64,000 nt of DNA from Cyclobacteriaceae bacterium (GTDB lineage: Bacteria > Bacteroidota > Bacteroidia > Cytophagales > Cyclobacteriaceae). This document shows positions 1 to 7,916 of this stretch, piece after piece. Numbering within the stretch: position 1 is the stretch's first letter; the number at the start of each line of letters is the position of its first letter. Under the pieces are notes generated by a model. The model had not been told where the DNA came from, did no database searches, and was given only the letters and a program-made list of their open reading frames with translations. The position numbers were made by a program, and so were the translations under genes. The stretch covers positions 6,916 to 70,915 of the forward strand of contig WFNR01000064.1 in assembly GCA_015488485.1 (NCBI GenBank), in the 5' to 3' direction.

Positions 1-626
1 TGTTCCGTGACTATCTGGCTGCCGATAAGTTGCCCGGCTTGTCCAAAGAGGAGTTTACCAGGGTGCTGGATCGCATCTTTGCCATACGCAGAAAACTGCC
101 CGAGCTGTACGAGCATATAAGCTTCGAACAGCTACGCGAGGCAGTATACGAACTGCTCTATGGCAAACAGGAGCCACACCTGCGCTTCCAGGCTTTTTGT
201 GAGCGCCTGGGCGAGCTGCCCGAGCCGCTGAAGTATGATGTGGCCGGGGAGTTCCTGCACTTCACTTTTCCGGAGAAATACTGGCTCTGGAGCCGCTGGA
301 TGTGGGACCCGAAAAACAAGACCGGAGCCCTGCCGTTGGTCACTACCGAAGACTTCGACCTGGCCGGCAACCACCTGGGCGAGGTGTACCTGAAAGTAGG
401 CAAGGCGGTGGCCTTTGTGCATTCGGTGGCCGAACCGGCTGAATTTCAGTTCATTCATCGCTCGCTCTTTGGCACCGATGTATATCTGAGTTGTGTGTAC
501 ATTATCTATTCGTACACCATTTTGCAGATGAAAATGACCAAGGAGTTTAACGAGGTGATGCCGGGTATCACGGAGTTTTCGCGCAGGTTGCTGGGGGTAT
601 ATGGCTTACAGGAAGCAACGGCTTGA
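1..626 (+). CDS. hypothetical protein, 5' end outside the window
   Basis: The frame is open from base 3 to the TGA at 624-626, so the TTG at 30 is probably not the true start. No motif recognised. It sits directly upstream of, and co-oriented with, the HdrD-like gene. Confidence 0.5.
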   Translation, partial: FRDYLAADKLPGLSKEEFTRVLDRIFAIRRKLPELYEHISFEQLREAVYELLYGKQEPHLRFQAFCERLGELPEPLKYDVAGEFLHFTFPEKYWLWSRWMWDPKNKTGALPLVTTEDFDLAGNHLGEVYLKVGKAVAFVHSVAEPAEFQFIHRSLFGTDVYLSCVYIIYSYTILQMKMTKEFNEVMPGITEFSRRLLGVYGLQEATA

Positions 627-668
627 TATTTTTAATGAAATTATGAAACTAATCTGAACCGATAGATT

Positions 669-1928
669 ATGCCAATTGATAAGAAACAAATCATCGAAAA
701 AGAAAGTGCCGTAGTAGATGGCATAGAGCTCACTGCCGACTGGAACCGGATGTTTGAGCAGCGGGTGATGCATTACGAAGACAGCGATGCCCTCGATAAG
801 GTACGGGATACTCCCGGTGCCGAGTCGATAGGCTATTGCTATCAGTGCGGCCAGTGTGTGCCGGTATGTCCGGTAGATGCCGTGGGCGAATACGGCCCTT
901 TCAGGGTGTACAAGGACTTGCTGATAGGTAAAGACCTGTTCAAGTCGCCCGAGTTGTGGAAGTGTACTACCTGTATGCAGTGTCTGCGGGTGTGCCCCAA
1001 GCAGGTGGATATGATCCAGATTATGCCGGCCGTACGCGAAGAGGCGGTGATGGAAGGCGATGTACCCGAAGAGCTGCAGGAGGCTTTTGAGAATACCTTT
1101 GAATACGGCAACCCGCTGGGTGAGTCGCAGCGCAAGCGGGCCGACTGGATACAGGAGACCGGCTCGAATGTGCCGATTATGAAAGAGAAAAAAGAAGCCG
1201 ATATCCTGTGGTTTGTGGAGTGCTATCCGTCATACCATGCGCGTGGCAAGGATGCCAGCGCGGCCCTGGCCAAGATTCTCAATGCCCTGGGTACCGACTT
1301 CGGTGTGCTGGGCACCGAAGAGAAGTGCTCCTGCGACTCGCAGCGCCTGGCCGGTGAGGTAGGGCTGTTCGAAGAGTTTGCCGAAGAGAACATCGCTACG
1401 CTTAAGAAGTATAAATTCAATCAGATACTGGTTACCGACCCGCATGCCTTGAATGCCATGCGCAAAAAATACCCTGAGTATGGTGGTAACTTCGATGTGA
1501 TTCACTACACCACTTACCTGGCGCCCTTGCTGGATAAACTGGATCTGAAGAACACCCTGAACTACAAGGTTACCTTCCACGATCCGTGCTATCTGGGCAG
1601 GCACAATGGCGAGTACGAGGCACCGCGTCAGATACTCAACGCCTTGCCGGGGGTTGAGCTGATTGAAATGGGCCGCTGCCGTGAGCAAAGCTACTGCTGC
1701 GGTGGTGGCGGTGGTGGCATGTGGCTCGATGGCTTCATGGCCGACCACGTAAGCGAGCGCCTGTCGGAAAACCGCATCAGGGAAGCTGTGGAAACCGGTG
1801 CAGACCTGCTGGTGGTTTGCTGTCCGTACGAGGTGTCGCGCTTCGAGGATGCCGTAAAATCAACCGGCAACGAAGGCAAGCTGCAGGTTAAGGATATTGC
1901 CGAGCTGATTGTGGAAGCAATGGGGTAA
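669..1928 (+). CDS. soluble HdrD/GlcF-like (Fe-S)-binding protein with two 4Fe-4S motifs and CCG cysteine-rich domains
   Basis: Ferredoxin-type motifs CYQCGQCVPVCP and CTTCMQCLRVCP. CCG-type motifs HDPCYLGR...CCGGGGG...CCPYE. The whole length aligns to the C-terminal half of the 7917..9995 product. Confidence 0.85.
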   Translation: MPIDKKQIIEKESAVVDGIELTADWNRMFEQRVMHYEDSDALDKVRDTPGAESIGYCYQCGQCVPVCPVDAVGEYGPFRVYKDLLIGKDLFKSPELWKCTTCMQCLRVCPKQVDMIQIMPAVREEAVMEGDVPEELQEAFENTFEYGNPLGESQRKRADWIQETGSNVPIMKEKKEADILWFVECYPSYHARGKDASAALAKILNALGTDFGVLGTEEKCSCDSQRLAGEVGLFEEFAEENIATLKKYKFNQILVTDPHALNAMRKKYPEYGGNFDVIHYTTYLAPLLDKLDLKNTLNYKVTFHDPCYLGRHNGEYEAPRQILNALPGVELIEMGRCREQSYCCGGGGGGMWLDGFMADHVSERLSENRIREAVETGADLLVVCCPYEVSRFEDAVKSTGNEGKLQVKDIAELIVEAMG

Positions 1929-1975
1929 GAATGGCAGATTGCAGATTGATGATTGATGAAGGATGATCTGTTTTT
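1927..1975. repeat. dispersed intergenic repeat, copy A (core AAGAATGGCAGATTGCAGATTGATGA), left flank of the four-helix-bundle gene
   Basis: Near-identical core found at 10686-10722 and 24511-24547, and a related one at 37935-37960. Confidence 0.7.
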
Positions 1976-2344
1976 ATGAATAATGTTGAACTTGAGCGCA
2001 GATTAATTGATTTTGCCCTTATGATAATAACCATTGTAAAATCGATGCCTGAAGATTTGGCTGCTAACCACCTGGCCAACCAGTTGGTGCGCTCCGGTAC
2101 ATCGGTGGCATTGAATTATGGCGAGGCACAAGGTGCAGAATCAAAAAGGGATTTTATTCATAAAATGCGGGTTATCCTTAAAGAATTACGTGAATCGTTG
2201 ATTTGCTTACAATTAATTTTAGGAGCAAAACTTTATGGAAACCAGGACAGCAAGTTGGTGAATCGAGCCAAAGACGAATGTAACCAGTTGGTTTCAATAT
2301 TTGTAGCAAGCATAAAAACAGCCGGGAAAAATCTAAATTCATAA
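1976..2344 (+). CDS. four-helix-bundle protein (23S rRNA intervening-sequence protein family)
   Basis: 122 aa. Family-typical stretch NQLVRSGTSVALNYGEAQGAESKRDFIHKMRVILKELRES. Visibly more AT-rich than its neighbours and flanked by repeat arms. Confidence 0.8.
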   Translation: MNNVELERRLIDFALMIITIVKSMPEDLAANHLANQLVRSGTSVALNYGEAQGAESKRDFIHKMRVILKELRESLICLQLILGAKLYGNQDSKLVNRAKDECNQLVSIFVASIKTAGKNLNS

Positions 2345-2370
2345 GTCTTACATCATAAATCATACATCAT

Positions 2371-2817
2371 ATGAAAAAAGTTGATAAGTACGAAGTAGAT
2401 ACCAGCCTGTTTTACGACCCACAGGCGCATTTTTGGGTTCGTATAGACGGCAATACGGCTCGTGTAGGGCTGAGCCCGCTCATCCAGGAGAGCAATGGCG
2501 CTTTTGTGGCCATTCAACTGGAAGGAGCCGGGAAAGAACTGGCCAAAGGGGAGTCTTTTGGCAGCATTGAGGCCGAAAAGCATGTCGGGCCGCTGAAAAT
2601 GCCGTTGTCGGGTAGGATTACCCGCTTTAATGAGGAGATAACCGAAAACCCGCGCCTGATCAACTATGATCCTTATGGTGACGGCTGGATCATGGAAATG
2701 GAGCTCACCAGGGCCGATGAAGAAGTGCCCGGTCTTATATTCGGAGATCATAATGTGGTACAATGGTTTGAACAGGAACTGAAAAAATTCTCTGATAAAG
2801 GATGGATAGCGCAGTAA
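2371..2817 (+). CDS. glycine-cleavage H-like lipoyl carrier protein (LbpA-like)
   Basis: GcvH-like layout: FGSIEAEKHVGPLKMPLSGRI lines up with the ESVKA lipoyl-lysine region, and NYDPYGDGWIMEMEL matches the GcvH C-terminal motif. Confidence 0.8.
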   Translation: MKKVDKYEVDTSLFYDPQAHFWVRIDGNTARVGLSPLIQESNGAFVAIQLEGAGKELAKGESFGSIEAEKHVGPLKMPLSGRITRFNEEITENPRLINYDPYGDGWIMEMELTRADEEVPGLIFGDHNVVQWFEQELKKFSDKGWIAQ

Positions 2818-3764
2818 TAGCCGGTCAGGAGCTGATGGAGCAGGCTTTTGCCGTTCGCAAGGCCAATTTTTGTGACGATATCAAATTTTATGCTCCGGGA
2901 TTGAAGTCGTATAATATTCCCGAATTCGAGCAGAAGAATCCGCGTGCTTTTTTGCCTATCAGCCTCACCGGCAACGCCTGTGCCCTCGACTGCGACCATT
3001 GCGATACCCGCATCCTCGATCCTATGATACCCCTCAACCACAAAGAAGGGGTGTTTGGTATGTGCCAGCGCATGAAAGAGGCCGGCACCGAATCGGTGTT
3101 GATAAGCGGGGGCTCAATGCGCAACGGTCAGGTGCCGTTTATGCGCCATATCGAGGATATTAAGCGGGTGAAAGACGAGCTGGGCATGAAGATAATCATG
3201 CACACCGGCCTGGTAAGTGAGGAGATGGCCGAAGGGCTGGCCTGGGCCGGAGTGGATGGCGTGGCGCTTGATATCATTGGCGCCCAGGAAACCATCGAGC
3301 AGGTGTATCATATGAATGCCACGGTGGCCGATTTTGATGCGGCCCTGGAGCGCCTGACCAGACACGGGTTGAGTATCCGGCCGCATATTATTCTGGGCTT
3401 GCATTACGGTAAGTTTCTGGGTGAATATCAGGCGCTGGAGATGATTAGCAAGTACCCGACTCATGCTCTGGTGATCGTCATCCTGACCCCGCTACAGGAT
3501 ACCCCCATGAAAGATGTGGAGCCGCCACCGGCTGAGGAGGTGGCTGAGTTTTTTGCCAAAGCCAGGATTGCCATGCCCGACACCAATGTGCTGGTAGGCT
3601 GTGCCCGCCCCGGGGGCGACTATAAGAAAGTGGTGGACCTGGCTGCCGTAGATGCCGGCCTCAATGGTCTGGCCTACCCGGCCGAAGGGGTGATAGACTA
3701 TGCCCGCAGCAAAGGCTTGCAACCGAGTTTTTACGAAAACTCCTGCTCCTGTGGTATTGAATGA
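2802..3764 (+). CDS. radical SAM protein, LipS1/LipS2-type lipoyl synthase candidate
   Basis: CX3CX2C motif CALDCDHC. Extra C-terminal cysteines (NSCSCG). Overlaps the gcvH-like stop by 16 nt, suggesting coupling. Lies directly upstream of the lipoate ligase gene. Confidence 0.75.
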   Translation: MDSAVIAGQELMEQAFAVRKANFCDDIKFYAPGLKSYNIPEFEQKNPRAFLPISLTGNACALDCDHCDTRILDPMIPLNHKEGVFGMCQRMKEAGTESVLISGGSMRNGQVPFMRHIEDIKRVKDELGMKIIMHTGLVSEEMAEGLAWAGVDGVALDIIGAQETIEQVYHMNATVADFDAALERLTRHGLSIRPHIILGLHYGKFLGEYQALEMISKYPTHALVIVILTPLQDTPMKDVEPPPAEEVAEFFAKARIAMPDTNVLVGCARPGGDYKKVVDLAAVDAGLNGLAYPAEGVIDYARSKGLQPSFYENSCSCGIE

Positions 3765-3814
3765 GAAATTTTAAAATGAAATAAAGTTAAAAATACGTAA
3801 ACATCGACCAAGCC

Positions 3815-4966
3815 TTGACCGCCTATCGCTACATCAACGAAACCGATACTTCTGCCAGCTACGGACTGGCGGCCGATGAGTATCTGCTCGACTACCACAG
3901 CGGGCAGAGCCAGCATCCGGCCACCTTGCGGCTGTACAATTATGCCGATTATGCTGTACTGTCGGGGCGTTTTCAGGCCCTGGAGGCCGAAATTGATGTA
4001 GAAGCCTGCCGGGCATTGGGCTTTGGCTACAGCCGCAGGCTTACCGGTGGGGGCGCCATCCTCATGGGCCGTGACCAACTCGGTATTTGCCTGGCCACCG
4101 CGGCCGACACCTTTTCCTGGGAGCATGTGCGCGACCTCTACCGGCTGTTTTCGCAACCGCTGATAGATGCCCTGGCGGAGCTGGGTATAACTGCTTCTTT
4201 CCGCTCCAAGAACGACCTGGAGGTAAACGGCAAAAAGATAGCCGGCCTGGGTGTGCATGTAAGTCCGTCAGGCAGCATACAGTTTCATACCAGCCTGCTC
4301 CTTGATCTGGATATCGATATTATGTTGCAGGTTCTGAAAATTCCGCTACAGAAGTTTTCCGACAAGCGCAAGATAGCCTCGGTGCGGCAGCGAATTACCA
4401 CCATCAGGCAGGAGTTGGGCAGCGCTCCGTCCATGCCTGAGTTAAAGGCGCTGATCAGCATGCACTTTGCCCGTGCTTTCGGGGCCAGGTTCGAAGAGAT
4501 ACCCTTTACCCCAAAAGAAAAAGAGGCCATTGCCCAACTGGAAACAAGCCGCTACAACAACGAGGAGTGGCTGTTTCAGCGCTCACCGCAAGCCGATATG
4601 AATGGCATGAGCCTGAAAAAGACACCGGCTGGCTTGCTGCGCACCTATATCGCCCTGAAAGGGGAGACGATTAAGAGTGTGATGATAACCGGTGACTTTT
4701 TTGAGCAGGCCGGACTGTTCAGCCGCATAGAGGCAGCCCTCAAATGGTCGGCCCTGGATAAGGAGCAGATAACCAAAAAGGTGGCAGCGGTATTTGCCGA
4801 AATGAACCGGGAAGAAGGGGCGGTTTACGGCCTTACGCCTGATATGGTAAGCCGCGCTATCTGGCTGGCGGCCCAGCGGGCTATGGCGGCACTGCGCTAT
4901 ACCTACAAGGGTTCGTGCTACTATCCCAAAGAAGACAAAAACCAAGTATTAACTGCAAACCAATAA
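3815..4966 (+). CDS. lipoate-protein ligase (LplA family, fused catalytic plus accessory domains)
   Basis: RRLTGGGAILMG and NDLEVNGKKIAGLG match the LplA/LipB BPL_LplA_LipB motifs, including the catalytic lysine. TTG start. Confidence 0.8.
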   Translation: MTAYRYINETDTSASYGLAADEYLLDYHSGQSQHPATLRLYNYADYAVLSGRFQALEAEIDVEACRALGFGYSRRLTGGGAILMGRDQLGICLATAADTFSWEHVRDLYRLFSQPLIDALAELGITASFRSKNDLEVNGKKIAGLGVHVSPSGSIQFHTSLLLDLDIDIMLQVLKIPLQKFSDKRKIASVRQRITTIRQELGSAPSMPELKALISMHFARAFGARFEEIPFTPKEKEAIAQLETSRYNNEEWLFQRSPQADMNGMSLKKTPAGLLRTYIALKGETIKSVMITGDFFEQAGLFSRIEAALKWSALDKEQITKKVAAVFAEMNREEGAVYGLTPDMVSRAIWLAAQRAMAALRYTYKGSCYYPKEDKNQVLTANQ

Positions 4967-4973
4967 AACGCTT

Positions 4974-6062
4974 ATGATTCCTTTGGAAGTAATCAACACC
5001 GAGACCGAAAAAAAGCAGATCAGTCCTGATTATGTGCGCATCAGCGCGGCCAGTGCTATGGCCCTGCGTATGCGCTCGGGGCGCTTTGCCAGGGATTTCG
5101 ATTTTGGCGGCATCAATATTTTGTTGAACTATGACAACGGCTGTCTGGCCGACTGCGGCTACTGCGGCCTGGCCCGTACGCGCCCGGGTGCCTATGAGGA
5201 TAAGTCGTTTATCAGGGTGGAATGGCCGCTGGTGAGCACCGATGAACTGGTGGACCGTATGGTAGAGCATGCCGACAAGATGACCCGCCTGTGCATCTCG
5301 CAGGTAACCCACGGCAGCGCCCATAAGGATACGATTGAAATCACCAAAAAGATTGTTTCCCGGCTGGATACGCCCTTATCCATCCTTTGCGCCCCACCGG
5401 TACTCAACCGCGAGCGCCTGCAGGAGTACAAAGACCTGGGAGTGGACATGATCGGGGTAGGGCTGGATGCGGTTACCGAAAAGGTATTCCGCCAGCATCG
5501 TACCGATGTGCCCAACGGCTCGCTGCGCTGGGATAACTACTGGGATATCATCCACCTGTCGCGCGAGATATTCGGCCCCTGGAAGGTGAACATACATACC
5601 GTGGTAGGCCTGGGTGAGACCGACAAGGATATGATGGATATCTTTTTCTATCTTTATGATAATCAGATACTTCCATATCTGTTTTCATTCAACCCGGAGC
5701 CGGACTCGCGCATGGCCAACTGGCCCAAAGCCGCTATCAAGCGCTGGAGGCGCATTCAGCTTATCAAGCATCTGATAGAAAAATATGAGTTGCAGCCTGA
5801 GGCGCTGGAATATGATGAAGCCGGCAACCTGACGCGCCTGAAAGTGGAAGACAGCACGATATCGGAGGTGATCGAGCATTTGGATGAGGGGATTCCGTTT
5901 ATGACCGATGGCTGTCCTTCGCCTGACGGTGAGGTAGGCTGTACGCGGCCGTATGGCAGCTACAAGCCCAGCGAGCAGTATCGCGATTTCCCTTTCAAAC
6001 CGGCATCGAATGATGTGGTGCAGATCAGGAAAGAGCTGGCGCTGGAAGAAATTATGTATTGA
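4974..6062 (+). CDS. radical SAM protein, second LipS-type lipoyl synthase candidate
   Basis: CX3CX2C motif CLADCGYC. C-terminal cysteines DGCPSPDGEVGC. Lies directly downstream of the ligase gene. Confidence 0.75.
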   Translation: MIPLEVINTETEKKQISPDYVRISAASAMALRMRSGRFARDFDFGGINILLNYDNGCLADCGYCGLARTRPGAYEDKSFIRVEWPLVSTDELVDRMVEHADKMTRLCISQVTHGSAHKDTIEITKKIVSRLDTPLSILCAPPVLNRERLQEYKDLGVDMIGVGLDAVTEKVFRQHRTDVPNGSLRWDNYWDIIHLSREIFGPWKVNIHTVVGLGETDKDMMDIFFYLYDNQILPYLFSFNPEPDSRMANWPKAAIKRWRRIQLIKHLIEKYELQPEALEYDEAGNLTRLKVEDSTISEVIEHLDEGIPFMTDGCPSPDGEVGCTRPYGSYKPSEQYRDFPFKPASNDVVQIRKELALEEIMY

Positions 6063-6094
6063 TTTTTTATTATGAATAACAAAACCAATTAATT

Positions 6095-6853
6095 ATGAAC
6101 ATTATCGTACCTATAAAACAGGTGCCCGATCTGGTGGAAGAGCTGGAGATCAACGCTGCGGGCACCGATCTTGACCGGGAGTGGCTCAAGATGAAGCTGA
6201 ACGAGTTTGACGACCATGCCCTGGAAGAAGCCTTGCTGCTCAAGGACGAGCAGGGCGCCCATGTGACGGCCATTGCCCTGGATGGCGATGACATTGACAA
6301 AGCGCTGTTTGCCGCGGCTGCCAAAGGTGCCGACCGCCTGGTAAAGGTAACCGGTGTGCAAGCCGGTAGTACGCACGAGGCGGCCCGCGCCATGGCCAAT
6401 GTATTAGGCGGCATGGAGTACGACCTGGTAATGACCGGGGTGCAATCGGTAGATGACCGTGACGGCCAGATGGCGGTATTGCTGGCCCACTATCTGGGCA
6501 TTCCGCACATTAGCGTAGTAACCGGAGTGCAGGCTGCCGGGGGCAGCATTACCGTACACAAGGAATACGGAGGTGGTATGGTGGCCGAATTTGAAGCCAG
6601 CCTGCCGGTAGCGCTGGGTATCCAGGCGGCTCGCGAAACACCGCGCTACGTGCCGGTAGCCAAGGTGCGCAGAGCCAGCCGCGATGCCAACATTGAGGAA
6701 ATAGCGGCCGGAGATGTTAGCGTGAGTGCCGGTTCTGCCGTAGCCAAAATGTATAAACCGGAAACCGGTGCTGGTGCCGAAATGATTGAAGGTTCGGCCG
6801 AAGAACAAGCAGCTAAAGTATTGGAGATTTTAAAACAAAAAGGAATAAAATGA
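6095..6853 (+). CDS. etfB: electron transfer flavoprotein subunit beta
   Basis: MNIIVPIKQVPD N-terminus and overall EtfB-like sequence. 4-nt overlap with etfA. Confidence 0.9.
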   Translation: MNIIVPIKQVPDLVEELEINAAGTDLDREWLKMKLNEFDDHALEEALLLKDEQGAHVTAIALDGDDIDKALFAAAAKGADRLVKVTGVQAGSTHEAARAMANVLGGMEYDLVMTGVQSVDDRDGQMAVLLAHYLGIPHISVVTGVQAAGGSITVHKEYGGGMVAEFEASLPVALGIQAARETPRYVPVAKVRRASRDANIEEIAAGDVSVSAGSAVAKMYKPETGAGAEMIEGSAEEQAAKVLEILKQKGIK

Positions 6854-7800
6854 GCAATCAGATATTTGTAATCGTAGAACACCTCAAGGGTAATATCGAA
6901 GACATCACCTTTGAGATGCTGGGTAAAGGCAAGGAAATTGCCGGCAATACCGGTGGCGAACTGGTAGCTGTTTTGCTGGGCAGCGGTGCCGATGGGCTGG
7001 CCTCGCAACTGGGCGCTGCCGACAAAGTAATTTATGTGGATGATGCCAACCTGGCGGAATTTAACCCGCAGGCTTATTGCAAGGCGGTGAGCAGTGTAAT
7101 CGGCCAGTATCAGCCCAAAATGGTGCTGGTAGGCAACACCTCTATGGGTATGGACATAGCCGGAGGCGCTTCGGTTGATCATAACATGCCGTATATCGCT
7201 TATGCGTCCAATATCTCGGCTGATGGCAGCACTATTACCAGCTCGTTGTATGGTGGTAAGATAAATGTCGATTCTACTCCGGAAGGTGACGGCTGTATCG
7301 TATCGGTAATTGCCGGCTCGTTTCCGGCCGATGCCGGCAAGGCTGATGGCAGCCCGGCAGTAGAGAACGCCAGTGTTGATTTGGGCGATCTGCAGGTGCA
7401 GTTCAAGCAACTGATAGAGCCCGAAGGTGGCGATGTGGATATCACTGCCCAGGAAATTCTGGTGAGTGTAGGCCGTGGTATCCAGAGCGATGAAAACCTG
7501 CCGATGGCCGAAGAGCTGGCTGCCAAGTTGGGTGGAGCAGTATCCTGCTCGCGTCCGATTGTAGATAGCAAGTGGCTGGCCAAGACCCGTCAGGTGGGTA
7601 AGTCGGGCCTCAAGGTGAAACCCAAGCTCTATCTGGCGCTGGGTATCAGCGGAGCTCCAGAGCATATCGAAGGTATGAAAGATGCCGACCTGATAATTGC
7701 CGTGAATACCGATCCGAAAGCGCCTATATTTGATTATGCGCATTACGGAGTGGTACAAGATCTGTTCGATTTCATTCCGGCACTGAGCAGTAAATTGTAA
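6850..7800 (+). CDS. etfA: electron transfer flavoprotein subunit alpha
   Basis: C-terminal FAD-binding region SRPIVDSKW...QVGKSGLKVKPKLYLALGISGAPEH is typical of EtfA. Confidence 0.9.
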   Translation: MSNQIFVIVEHLKGNIEDITFEMLGKGKEIAGNTGGELVAVLLGSGADGLASQLGAADKVIYVDDANLAEFNPQAYCKAVSSVIGQYQPKMVLVGNTSMGMDIAGGASVDHNMPYIAYASNISADGSTITSSLYGGKINVDSTPEGDGCIVSVIAGSFPADAGKADGSPAVENASVDLGDLQVQFKQLIEPEGGDVDITAQEILVSVGRGIQSDENLPMAEELAAKLGGAVSCSRPIVDSKWLAKTRQVGKSGLKVKPKLYLALGISGAPEHIEGMKDADLIIAVNTDPKAPIFDYAHYGVVQDLFDFIPALSSKL

Positions 7801-7811
7801 TAACAGATGGT

Positions 7812-7876
7812 TAAGGGGCTGAGTAAATGAAATATTTATTGACAAGAACTTTCATTTGCTACGGCCCCTTATTTTA
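7812..7876 (+). other. long intercistronic stem-loop between etfA and the membrane Fe-S oxidoreductase gene
   Basis: Outer stem AAGGGGC (7813-7819) pairs with GCCCCTT (7864-7870). Inner stem AAATGAAA pairs with TTTCATTT. Followed by ATTTT. Confidence 0.4.
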
Positions 7877-7916
7877 ACCTGCTTATAACCAACCTGATAA
7901 CCTAAACCTGTACACT

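Noticed and set aside
6646-7845. 399-aa minus-strand ORF
   Set aside because: It lies entirely antisense to etfA/etfB, which have clear family motifs. It is a typical shadow ORF in GC-biased coding sequence.
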